A DNA stretch of 64,000 nucleotides. Origin: Opitutales bacterium (GTDB lineage Bacteria > Verrucomicrobiota > Verrucomicrobiia > Opitutales > UBA2987). Shown piece after piece: positions 41,990-53,486 of this stretch. The translations under genes and the position numbers were made by a program. How positions within the stretch are numbered: position 1 is the first letter of the stretch; the number at the start of each line of letters is the position of its first letter. The DNA lies in the NCBI GenBank assembly GCA_965226885.1, contig CBDDEL010000013.1, forward strand, positions 320,001 to 384,000, read 5' to 3'. The notes under the pieces were generated by a model, which did no database searches, had not been told where the DNA came from, and saw only the letters and a program-made list of their open reading frames with translations.

Positions 41990-43513
41990 ATGCTTATTTC
42001 GTGCTTGCTAATGAATATATTAAAAACAGCTAAAATCACACTGCTTCTTTCATTTATCAACCAGATTTCGCCATCTGCGGGCCTTGAGGCGCAGGATAGC
42101 GCAACGGTAGGCGCGGCCATAGATTTTTATTCTATCATTAAGATCACCTACGAAAAGAACCTGGAGATCGCCGCCGCCCGATACGAAATCGAGGAGACCG
42201 ATTTCCAGTTTCGTCGATTCGAGCGCAACCTGAGCCAGTTCGTTCCTCTGGTTGTCGATTCTCAAATCGAGCGGGAATCGGAAAGAAATTTGATCGGGGG
42301 AAATCGAATTACCCAGAATGAAGATGAGGCGCGGGTTACGGTGGGCGTAGAAAAGGAGTTTTTCGATGGAAAAAAGTTTGCCGCCGGAGTCGGGGTTCGA
42401 GCAACCTCGAACGACGATGGCGAAAACGCCAATCCGTTCATTGGAGGGGAACTACGCTTTCCCTTATTCAGTTCCGTAACAACCTTGGAGCGAGTCACGG
42501 AACGCACTTTTGAACAGAATGAGCTTCTTGAGGCCTGGCTGGATTTTATCGACACGGTGCGGGATGAAGTGAGCGACAGCCAGGAAGACTACATCGACCT
42601 GCAAAATTCCATCAAGCGGCTCAAATTAGCAGAAGTTACGGTACGCGATTTCCAGAATTTGCTCGATGAAACGAAAATAATCGGCACCGGCAATGGAGAT
42701 GAAATTCGTCAAATAGAGGATCAAATCCAGGCCTTCCTGTCTATGACCGTTAATCAGCGCGGAAATGTCGACATCTGGCAGATCGGTTTGCTCGATAGTT
42801 TGGGTTTGGACGTCCTTCCCCTTGAAAAGGTAGAGCCACTGGAAATGAGGGGAGACGATTATTACGGAAAGCAATACATTGAAAAAGATCTCGAACAGAT
42901 AATCACCGAGGCAATTCAAAACGATGTTGAAATAAAAGTTCTCAATATTGCCCGCCAAAACGCTGAACTTAAGAAATCCCTGGCTGAACGTGGCAAGTGG
43001 GATATTATCGGCAAGCTTTTCGGAACCTACGACTTTGAAAACAGGGGAGACAATATCCGAAGACCCACCGGATTCGGAGTAGGGCTGGGATTCAGCGTTC
43101 AGCGGACAGACCCTAAACTGCTCCGGCTCTCTCTCCAGCAGGCGGAGGCGGAAATCCGAAAATTCACCGCTGACATAACCTGGAGGGAACGACAGGTGAA
43201 AAATCTGATCAGGAGGCGGGTCTCTCATGTGCGCAATCGGCGCATATTGGTGAATGAACTCAGTGTCAGCAGGGAGTTGCGTAATTCGGTTTATCTGCAA
43301 AAACTGGAAGCTTTTCGGAAAGGTAATGAGACGATGGACAATCTAATTCAATCGCGAGTTTCTCTATTTGAAACGGAGAAAGAATTTCTCGAACAGATCG
43401 CCGAGTTTTTTGAAACTGTGGTTGATCTGGATGTGGCTTCAGGATATTATTTTCAGCAACTTGGCAAAGTGTTCAAGGAAATAGGAGAGGCTTATAACTT
43501 TAATAAATTTTGA
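41990..43513 (+). CDS. TolC-family outer membrane protein
   Basis: Signal-like N-terminus and two helical/beta repeats (NLEIAAAR, NDVEIKV). Confidence 0.65.
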   Translation: MLISCLLMNILKTAKITLLLSFINQISPSAGLEAQDSATVGAAIDFYSIIKITYEKNLEIAAARYEIEETDFQFRRFERNLSQFVPLVVDSQIERESERNLIGGNRITQNEDEARVTVGVEKEFFDGKKFAAGVGVRATSNDDGENANPFIGGELRFPLFSSVTTLERVTERTFEQNELLEAWLDFIDTVRDEVSDSQEDYIDLQNSIKRLKLAEVTVRDFQNLLDETKIIGTGNGDEIRQIEDQIQAFLSMTVNQRGNVDIWQIGLLDSLGLDVLPLEKVEPLEMRGDDYYGKQYIEKDLEQIITEAIQNDVEIKVLNIARQNAELKKSLAERGKWDIIGKLFGTYDFENRGDNIRRPTGFGVGLGFSVQRTDPKLLRLSLQQAEAEIRKFTADITWRERQVKNLIRRRVSHVRNRRILVNELSVSRELRNSVYLQKLEAFRKGNETMDNLIQSRVSLFETEKEFLEQIAEFFETVVDLDVASGYYFQQLGKVFKEIGEAYNFNKF

Positions 43514-43540
43514 AATAGGTTCTAATCGCTTGAGAAAAAA

Positions 43541-44233
43541 ATGCGTATATTGGTGGTAGAGGACGAAAAAAAAATTCTTTCATTCGTGCGCAAGGGATTG
43601 GAAGAGCAGGGATTTGTCGTCGATACCTGTGACAATGGCGACGACGGTTATTGCATGGCGGGAACACATTCCTATGATGCTCTGGTACTGGACATCATGC
43701 TGCCGGGCCGGGATGGGCTAAGCATCCTGCGCCTTCTTCGGGAAAATAAAAACAAAATTCCCGTCGTCATAATCACCGCCAGGGGAGAGGTATCCGAAAA
43801 AATCGAAGGTCTCAATTTGGGCGCTGATGATTACCTGGTTAAGCCATTTTATCTCGAAGAATTGATTGCGCGATTGAAGTCCGTCTGGCGGCGGTCGTCG
43901 GGGGAGGGGCTGAGTATTCTGCAGGTTGAAAATTTAAGCATCAATCTCATGAACCGTGAAGTAATACGCGGTGGCGGCCCCATCGAGCTGGCCCCTCGGG
44001 AATTTTCACTGCTGGAGTTTTTGATGCGATCCCCGGGGCGGGTGCTCACGCGCACACAGATTGTGGAGCACGTCTGGAATTATCATTTCGATTGCGACAC
44101 CAATGTCGTCGATGTTTACATACAGCGTTTGCGCCGTAAAGTGGACGATCCCTTCGATGAGAAATTAATCCAAACGGTTCGCGGCGTTGGCTATCGATTG
44201 GCCGCCCAAAAAACGGGAAAACAATCCTCATAG
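43541..44233 (+). CDS. OmpR-family response regulator (CusR/CzcR-like)
   Basis: MRILVVED, LDIMLPG, GADDYLVKPF, NVVDVYI, TVRGVGY. Confidence 0.93.
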   Translation: MRILVVEDEKKILSFVRKGLEEQGFVVDTCDNGDDGYCMAGTHSYDALVLDIMLPGRDGLSILRLLRENKNKIPVVIITARGEVSEKIEGLNLGADDYLVKPFYLEELIARLKSVWRRSSGEGLSILQVENLSINLMNREVIRGGGPIELAPREFSLLEFLMRSPGRVLTRTQIVEHVWNYHFDCDTNVVDVYIQRLRRKVDDPFDEKLIQTVRGVGYRLAAQKTGKQSS

Positions 44234-44245
44234 CAGTATTAAAAA

Positions 44246-45607
44246 ATGAAATTTTTTCGATCCTTTCGCTTCCGGCTGGCGCTCTGGTCTGCCTTGATTT
44301 CAGGTATTGTCGTCCTCGTTTTCGGACTGGGGACTTTTTATCTGCTGTATGTGGAGTTTCTCGATACGGTTGATGCCGAAATGGAGCGATTCGGGGAAGA
44401 TCTTATTGAAGAGATTGACCATGAGAGTCATCCCAAACGCCAGGAAATGGTAAAACTATTGGATGTTTTCGATGATCGCCGCAGTTTGCAATTGATAATG
44501 GTCATTACTCCGCAAGGTGAGACTCTGTTTCGTTCTTCACGTTGGAGTAGGTATGTTTTTGATATCAGCAGGAGGGGTTCCGATACCTTTCGCACGATTC
44601 GCTACCAAGGTGATTACTGGCGCCTCGCCATTGTCAATGATGATAAATGGACAACTATAGTAGCCACCCGGCTGGATGAGTTGATCGATGCCGCGGAGAA
44701 TGTCCTGGATGCCTTTGCCTGGGCTCTGCCCATCGCTTTAATAGCAGCCGCCATGGGAGGATTGTTGCTTGCTCAAAAAGCCGTCGGACCGATAAAAATA
44801 ATCACCGGTATCGCGGAGAAAATTAATGGCAGTGGTTTAAATAAACGAATCCCGAAATTGAAAAGGGATGACGAACTGGGCCGTTTGACATCGGTTTTGA
44901 ATGACATGTTTGAGCGCCTGGAAGCCAGTTTTGAGCAGATGGCCCGGTTCAGCGCGGACGCCTCCCACGAATTGAACACACCGCTTGCCGTCATGCAGGG
45001 CGAACTGGAACACGCTTTGCAAAGCGACGACCTCAAGGGCGGCGACGAGAAGATCCTGGCCAATTTGCAGGAAGAAGTCCAACGCCTGAAAACGATTACC
45101 CGAAGCCTTCTTCTCTTTTCCCGCTCCGATGCCGGAAAACTCCGCCTGGATAAAAATGAAATCGATTTGGGCGTAGAACTGGCCGGGCTTTTGGAAGACG
45201 TCAAGTTGGATCCCCAGGCAGAAACGCTGAGCTTTATCGAGAAATTTAAAAGCGGTTTTTCGGTTTTCGGGGACGGCACATTGATTCGGCAGGCCCTCTA
45301 TAATTTACTGAGCAACGCGGTGCGCTACAACCAACCCGAGGGCAAGGTCGTCATCAGTCTCGAAAAGGAGAAAAGCGATGTCGTGTGCCGCATTGCCAAT
45401 ACCGGGCCGGGCATTGCGTCTCGCAACCAGGGCAAGATATTCCAGCGTTTTTTTCGGGAGGACAGCTCACGCAGCCGCCAACACGATGGCTTCGGCCTGG
45501 GCTTGAGCCTGGCTCTGGAAATCGTCAATGCCCATGGGGGAACGCTGCAACTGGAAAAGTCGGATTTTGATGAAACCGTATTTTGTTTGCGGTTACCGTC
45601 GGCTTGA
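44246..45607 (+). CDS. Sensor histidine kinase (CusS-like)
   Basis: Two TM helices, HAMP, ASHELNTPL, NLLSNA, GFGLGL. Confidence 0.93.
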   Translation: MKFFRSFRFRLALWSALISGIVVLVFGLGTFYLLYVEFLDTVDAEMERFGEDLIEEIDHESHPKRQEMVKLLDVFDDRRSLQLIMVITPQGETLFRSSRWSRYVFDISRRGSDTFRTIRYQGDYWRLAIVNDDKWTTIVATRLDELIDAAENVLDAFAWALPIALIAAAMGGLLLAQKAVGPIKIITGIAEKINGSGLNKRIPKLKRDDELGRLTSVLNDMFERLEASFEQMARFSADASHELNTPLAVMQGELEHALQSDDLKGGDEKILANLQEEVQRLKTITRSLLLFSRSDAGKLRLDKNEIDLGVELAGLLEDVKLDPQAETLSFIEKFKSGFSVFGDGTLIRQALYNLLSNAVRYNQPEGKVVISLEKEKSDVVCRIANTGPGIASRNQGKIFQRFFREDSSRSRQHDGFGLGLSLALEIVNAHGGTLQLEKSDFDETVFCLRLPSA

Positions 45608-45654
45608 ACCCGATCCACCGAATCACCTTATTTAAGCGATATTCCGCTTATTTA

Positions 45655-47471
45655 GAGGCTGTCCCAAAAGGGTGATTTTTGCGAGGGCTTTTGATAGGCG
45701 CTCATTTTAGAGGTATTTGCATTTGGGAGAGTATCAACTTTGCTCTCCTATGACGTTAGGATACTGGTTTTGGGGTCCGGTTGCCTGGTTTTCTTTGTAT
45801 GAGCCGACAGTAAGGCTGTGAAAAAGTATTGTCCTTGCTTTTCCGCTCTCTAGGCCGCCGCTTTGGTTTTTAGTTCGTCTTGCTGGGCCAGCATCTTGGC
45901 TACTTTCCATAGGTTGTGCGAGAGTACCGACCAGGCTACGCTGATCGAGCGGTTGGCAAAGCCTTTGCTGCGCAACCGCCCGGCCTGCCAGCGATTCTTC
46001 AATACCCCGATCCGCCCTTCGGTGCTGGCCCGGCGCTTTTGCAATTGCCTGAACAGTGGTTCCTCCCTCCGTTTTTTCAACTGCTTCGGATCGCGTGGAC
46101 AGAGCGCGTCGTAGATTCCCTCCTGGGCTAACTGCCGGCGGGCCCGCTGGGAGGCAAATCCCCGGTCCGCGCACATGGCCGCTATGGGTTCTTCCAGGTT
46201 GAAGCGGTTCTGTCTTTGCAAACTCTCTTGCATTTGTTCATTTTCGCTTGGAGTTCGGCTGCCGTAGAGTTTCCAGTCCAGCAGGTACCCTTCAACGCTT
46301 TCTCCCAAAAACAGGGTGTTGCCGAACTCGACCTCTTGGCCCGCTTTACCTCGCACAACCACCTGCCCATCGAGTTCGTAAACACTCAAGACTTTCTCTG
46401 CGTTTTTCACCTGGCGGCCGCCAATGATCCGCTCGTGCGCCTGTTTGATGACCACCGGGATTTGCTCGCTCATGCGCTCCATCCGGGCGAGGATCTGTTG
46501 GACCTGTTTTTCGCTGTAATCGCTTTGCTCCCAGCAGGCTTGCAATAATTCCCGGTGACTGCGGGCATGCTCCCCGATCCGTTTGAGCAGCTTTTTCATC
46601 TGCCTCAAGATACCCTTGCGCTGCCGCGCGCTGTCCTTTCGCCGCCGGCTGTGGGTCATCTGTATGCACAGCCGATTCATCTGCCGAGCCAAGGGCTCCG
46701 GTTCGATCGGCATGCGATGGCGCACACCGGCCTTCTCGCGGATCAGCCGGATCGCTTTGAGCAACGTGCCGGCTACATCCTTGAGTAATACCCAGTCCGT
46801 CGGCCAATGAATGTTAGCCTCCAAACAGGTGCCGTCGATCAGGCAAATGGTGGTGTCAATCGGCTTGTCCAATCCCACCTGCCGGGCCAGAAGGGCATCG
46901 CCCACCACCTCAGTCAAGGTCCGGTGCAAGGCCCTCAACTGCTCTTCGCTGAAAAACTTCGAGGCCCGCTCCAGGGTGCTTTTGGAGATGCCCCTGATGC
47001 CATCGATCTGCCGGACACGGCAAAAGTCGGCCAACAGATCGCTGCTGCCCAGAGCCCGCGACAAATGCCGAAACGAAATCCCTCCGAGCAGACGGCCCAG
47101 CGTATCCATGCGCAGTGCCTTGATGGCAAAACTGGCCCGCTGCCGCCGGGCCTTTAGACCCATTGGCGGCCACCCCTCCAAGGCCAGCTCAATGGCCTGC
47201 GATTCCACCTCCGAGTCGATCAGCAGCCGATCGATTCGATCAATGGTGGCGCGGAAGTTATCGTAATCGAGGCACCGGTCGACCACAGTTAAAGCTGGAC
47301 GCAGGAGGCATTGGATGGCTATATTTTTCATAGAAAGGGCTATATTGATTTTCGCTAACTCAATTATAGAACCCTTTTTTGGCCGGATCGAGCAAAAACT
47401 TGCTCTTTCCGGCTCTTTTTATCAACGTCATCCAGTTGACTATAAAATCTTTATATTTTTGGGACAGCCTC
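45655..47471 (-). mobile_element. ISNCY/IS5-like copy 4, intact ORF (45850..47331)
   Basis: 1817 bp with IRs; flanks unmatched. Confidence 0.95.
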
Positions 47472-47487
47472 TACGATAGGTAAATTG

Positions 47488-48289
47488 GGTAGTGTATAAA
47501 AAAAGAATGTTATTTTGTATTTTTAGCTGTACAAATAGCGTTAGGCAATTTATTTTTAGTGCATGGTTACTAAAATTATTAATTGTCGGCACTGTGGAAG
47601 TGAAAATATCATTAAATTTGGCAAGACGCCCAACCATAAACAGCGCTACCGCTGCCATGATTGTGGTAAACAAAGCCGCGAAAACCCCACAGTGAAATAC
47701 ACCGAAGAGCAAAAAGAAATGATCCTTCGAGTCTATCAGGAACGCAGCAGTCTACGCGGTTTACAGCGCGCCTTCGGGGTGAGTCCCAACACCGTTTTGA
47801 GTTGGTTAAAAAAAACGACAATCGCTGCGACCGCTCAAAAGCACGATTCTTGCGGCCCGCCGCCATGATGTCATTGAACTGGACGAACTGTGGTCTTTTG
47901 TGGGGCGCAAGAGCGATGCCCAATGGGTTTGGATCGCTCTTTGCCGACGCACCCGTCAAATCCTCTCCTATGCCATTGGGCCTCGGGATTGGTATCGTTG
48001 CCGGGAACTTTACGAGCGTCTGCCACGGGCCTACAAAAGATGTGCCACCTACAGCGACTTTTGGAGCACTTATGATGAAGTCTTTCCTCATAACCGATCC
48101 GTGGGAAAAGAAACCGGTGAAACGGCCCATGTGGAACGATGGAACAATACCCTGCGCCAACGACTGGGTCGTTTCACACGCAAAACCCTCTCCTTTTCCA
48201 AGCTTAAGAGTATGCATGAAACCTGTCTGAGACTTTTCATTCATCAATATAATCAAGAATTAGCCACCATTCCTACTTAATACACTACC
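47488..48289 (+). mobile_element. IS1-family element (802 bp)
   Basis: 8-bp TSD GTAAATTG, inserted in the TE coding region. Confidence 0.96.
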
Positions 48290-49502
48290 GTAAATTGATT
48301 ATCCCGAAAGGTTGGTCCTCCATATATTGCAGCAGGTTTTTGTAGTGATAGAGAAAGTGAATGAGGAACAAGGGCGGCCCGCTTCCTCCACCTTGAAGAT
48401 GTATGAAAGATTCATTTGGATCCATTGACTTTCCCTTGCGCAGAACATCGGCCAATTGCTCCACTGTAGGAGCCTTAAAAAGCGCGGCCGCGTCGCATTT
48501 TTTACCCAATTCTTTTTCAATTTTGTGAATGAGGATTATCGAATGTATTGAATGTCCCCCCAGATCGAAGAAGTCGTCCTTTATGCCAATGGGTCTGACA
48601 TCAAAAATGTTTTCCCATATTTGTACGAGTTCTCGCTCCACCTCATTGCGCGGGGCCACATATGCTACTGCTGTTGACAGACTCCCGTCTGGCTCCGGCA
48701 ACCCCTTGCGGTCCACCTTCCCGTTCGCCGTCAACGGAATCTCCTCCAACTTGATATAATGCGTGGGCACCATGTATCCCGGCAATGTCCGGCCCATTCT
48801 CTCGCGTATATCGCTGGCTTCGATCTCCCCATCACTAACGTAATAGGCCGCCAGCGCCTTGGCCCCTTTTCGCTCCTTTGCTAATACCACTGCCTCCTGA
48901 ATTCCCTCAACTGCCCTCAGAACACTCTCAACCTCCCCCAACTTGATGCGAAAGCCCCGTATCTTTACCTGTTCGTCAATGCGACCTAAAAATTCTATGT
49001 TGCCGTCCGGCTGCCACCGCGCCAGATCCCCGGTCCTATACATCCGCTCTCCGACAACAAAAGGATTTTGCACGAACTTCTCCGCCGTCAGCTCCCCACG
49101 ATTTAAATAGCCACGCGCTAATCCATCCTCGCTAACGCACAACTCCCCTGACACCCCTATTGGTACCAGTTGATCTTTTTCGTCGATAATAAATATCTGA
49201 GTGTTGTCAATAGGTCTTCCAATCAAAACAGGCCCTTCTCCAGCATACTGATCCAGACTGTATCTTGAGGCATAAACCGAGGCCTCTGTCGGGCCATAGA
49301 TATTTTCAAGCTTCGCAGAAATTTCGAGTTCGAGATACTTCTCACATAACTCTTTCGGAAACGCTTCCCCTGCCACCAGAACGTAGTTTACCCCTTTCAG
49401 CAACACTGCAGAGTCATTACCATGCACCTCAAGAAACGCCCCAAGCATTGAGGGAACGAAATTAATATGTGTTATTCCATATCTCCCAATTGAGGCGGCT
49501 AG

Positions 49503-51069
49503 CCCGGATATTTCGTAAAAAAAGTATCGTTGATATGCTTAACTGCTGATATACAGCAGGATAGATCAATAATTAAAGCAATATCAGCGATGACAAAAGG
49601 TAAACAATTAAAGCTACAGTTGACAAGGGTAAAAGGCCGCCGTGTGCGGGTTGATTTCAAGGGCGGAGAGGTTACTTCGGATGCTGGACTGCTTTTGATC
49701 CGGGAAGTGGATCGGCAGTTGGGCTTGACCGAACGAGCGGCCCGACAGTTAGTGGACAAACGGCAGAAGGGCAAAGTACGCCATGAGGTATTGGGGATGC
49801 TGCGGCAGCGCGTTTACGGGCTGGTGGCGGGCTATGAGGATTTGAACGACTTTGATACCCTGCGCCACGATCCATTGTTGCAAACGGTAACGGGGCGCAT
49901 TGAAACGTTGGCCAGCGCGCCGACTTTGTGTCGTTTTGAAAACGGGCAGGATCGGCGGGCGGCCTTTGCGGTAAACGAGCTGTTGGTCGAACAGTTCATG
50001 GGCTCCTTTGCCGAGGAACCCGAAGAGATCATCCTGGACTTTGACGCCACCGACAATCCGGTGCACGGGCTCCAGGAGGGACGTTTTTTCCACGGTTATT
50101 ATGATCATTACTGTTTTCTGCCGCTATATGTTTTTTGCGGTGATCAGCTGCTGGTGGCCTACCTGCGGCCGAGCAAGATCGATGCCAGCAAGCATGCCGG
50201 GGCCATCCTCAAATTGCTGGTTAAACGGATGCGCCAAAGCTGGCCCCGTACGCGGATTATTTGGCGCGCCGACAGTGGATTTTGTCGAGACCGGATACTC
50301 TCTTGGTGCGACCGCAACGAAGTTAGTTACATCGTGGGGATGGCTCGCAATGCACGCTTGCAGCAAGACGCCCAGCAGTTGCAAAAGCAGGCCAAAGAAT
50401 GGTTCGAACTAAGGGGTAAAAAACAACGGTTATTCCAGGACTTCGTCTATGCTGCCGATTCGTGGCGATGGCTGCGGTTGGTCATCCATAAAGCCGAACA
50501 CACCGCACAGGGGTCCAACCCGCGCTTCGTGGTGACGAACCTGCCAGGCGATCCCCAGGAGCTTTACGACAAGGTATACTGTGGCCGCGGTGAAATGGAG
50601 AACCGAATCAAGGAACAGATGCAATTGTTCAGCGAGCGCACCAGCGCCCATCAATGGTGGGCCAATCAGTGCCGATTGCTCTTGTCGGCGCTGGCCTACA
50701 CCTTGATGGAAGCCATGCGCCGGTTAGCCTTAAAAGGGACGAAGTGGGCGCGGGCCCAATGCCACACCCTGCGGCTCAAATTAATCAAGATCGGAGCGGT
50801 CATCGTGCGCAACACCCGAACGATTCACTTTCACCTAAGTGAGAGTTATCCTTGGGCCAGTCTTTTCAACCATGCGGCCCGCCGATTGGTGCCAACCTAA
50901 AGGGTGCATTGGTGCTGCCCCCGGCACTACCGAACCAATGGGGGAAAGGGGGCAGTGTCTCTACACCCTGAAAAACACCTAAAAATCAAGACGATCTGCT
51001 CAAAATACAAAGAAATCCATCTCCAATAGCAATAACGAGCCAAACTTTACCCTTCATGAAATATCCGGG
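49503..51069 (+). mobile_element. IS1380-family element
   Basis: 1567 bp, TSD CTAG, inserted in the A domain. Confidence 0.95.
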
Positions 51070-51669
51070 CTAGTGCAAAGGGTTCCTTCTCTGCATCCGG
51101 GTCCAATCCCACCAATCGGCCTTCTCCCATGAACCACCCGAACAGCTCGCTTACAGATACATCGAATGTATAAGTCGTCTTCAGCAAATAGGCATCTCCT
51201 GCTACCAAGGGATACTCCGACTCAAGGTAATTCAAGGTATTCATCACATTGCGATGCTCCACCAACACCCCATTGGGCTTACCGGTCGAACCAGATGTAT
51301 AGATCACATACGCCAAATCACTCGACGATCCCCTTGAAGGTAGATTGCCAGCTGAACGCCTTTGCAGCGTTTTGCATTCCTCTAAATCAATCGTATCCCC
51401 AGAAAAGGACATCGTCCCCACGAATCGTCCCTGCGTCAGCAGGAGATCGCACGCGCTGTCCTCCAACATATACTTGATCCGCTCCCGTGGATACTCCGGG
51501 TCTATCGGCAAATACGCTCCCCCTGCCTTGAGGATCCCCAATATCCCAACGACCATCTCTATTGACCGCTCCACCAGCAACCCCACGATCCGGTCCGGCC
51601 CTACCTCATAATCCTCCCGCATCTTCCACGCCAGTTGATTGGCCCGTGCGTTCAGCTCCCCATAACTTA

Positions 51670-53486
51670 GAGGCTGTCCCAAAAATATAAAGATTTTATA
51701 GTCAACTGGATGACGTTGATAAAAAGAGCCGGAAAGAGCAAGTTTTTGCTCGATCCGGCCAAAAAAGGGTTCTATAATTGAGTTAGCGAAAATCAATATA
51801 GCCCTTTCTATGAAAAATATAGCCATCCAATGCCTCCTGCGTCCAGCTTTAACTGTGGTCGACCGGTGCCTCGATTACGATAACTTCCGCGCCACCATTG
51901 ATCGAATCGATCGGCTGCTGATCGACTCGGAGGTGGAATCGCAGGCCATTGAGCTGGCCTTGGAGGGGTGGCCGCCAATGGGTCTAAAGGCCCGGCGGCA
52001 GCGGGCCAGTTTTGCCATCAAGGCACTGCGCATGGATACGCTGGGCCGTCTGCTCGGAGGGATTTCGTTTCGGCATTTGTCGCGGGCTCTGGGCAGCAGC
52101 GATCTGTTGGCCGACTTTTGCCGTGTCCGGCAGATCGATGGCATCAGGGGCATCTCCAAAAGCACCCTGGAGCGGGCCTCGAAGTTTTTCAGCGAAGAGC
52201 AGTTGAGGGCCTTGCACCGGACCTTGACTGAGGTGGTGGGCGATGCCCTTCTGGCCCGGCAGGTGGGATTGGACAAGCCGATTGACACCACCATTTGCCT
52301 GATCGACGGCACCTGTTTGGAGGCTAACATTCATTGGCCGACGGACTGGGTATTACTCAAGGATGTAGCCGGCACGTTGCTCAAAGCGATCCGGCTGATC
52401 CGCGAGAAGGCCGGTTTGCGCCATCGCATGCCGATCGAACCGGAGCCCTTGGCTCGGCAGATGAATCGGCTGTGCATACAGATGACCCACAGCCGGCGGC
52501 GAAAGGACAGCGCGCGGCAGCGCAAGGGTATCTTGAGGCAGATGAAAAAGCTGCTCAAACGGATCGGGGAGCATGCCCGCAGTCACCGGGAATTATTGCA
52601 AGCCTGCTGGGAGCAAAGCGATTACAGCGAAAAACAGGTCCAACAGATCCTCGCCCGGATGGAGCGCATGAGCGAGCAAATCCCGGTGGTCATCAAACAG
52701 GCGCACGAGCGGATCATTGGCGGCCGCCAGGTGAAAAACGCAGAGAAAGTCTTGAGTGTTTACGAACTCGATGGGCAGGTGATTGTGCGAGGTAAAGCGG
52801 GCCAAGAGGTCGAGTTCGGCAACACCCTGTTTTTGGGAGAAAGCGTTGAAGGGTACCTGCTGGACTGGAAACTCTACGGCAGCCGAACTCCAAGCGAAAA
52901 TGAACAAATGCAAGAGAGTTTGCAAAGACAGAACCGCTTCAACCTGGAAGAACCCATAGCGGCCATGTGCGCGGACCGGGGATTTGCCTCCCAGCGGGCC
53001 CGCCGGCAGTTAGCCCAGGAGGGAATCTACGACGCGCTCTGTCCACGCGATCCGAAGCAGTTGAAAAAACGGATGGAGGAACCACTGTTCAGACAATTGC
53101 AAAAGCGCCGGGCCAGCACCGAAGGGCGGATCGGGGTATTGAAGAATCGCTGGCAGGCCGGGCGGTTGCGCAGCAAAGGCTTTGCCAACCGCTCGATCAG
53201 CGTAGCCTGGTCGGTACTCTCGCACAACCTATGGAAAGTAGCCAAGATGCTGGCCCAGCAAGACGAACTAAAAACCAAAGCGGCGGCCTAGAGAGCGGAA
53301 AAGCAAGGACAATACTTTTTCACAGCCGTACTGTCGGCTCATACAAAGAAAACCAGGCAACCGGACCCCAAAACCAGTATCCTAACGTCATAGGAGAGCA
53401 AAGTTGATACTCTCCCAAATGCAAATACCTCTAAAATGAGCGCCTATCAAAAGCCCTCGCAAAAATCACCCTTTTGGGACAGCCTC
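51670..53486 (+). mobile_element. ISNCY/IS5-like copy 5
   Basis: 1817 bp, 7-bp TSD TAACTTA. Confidence 0.96.
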
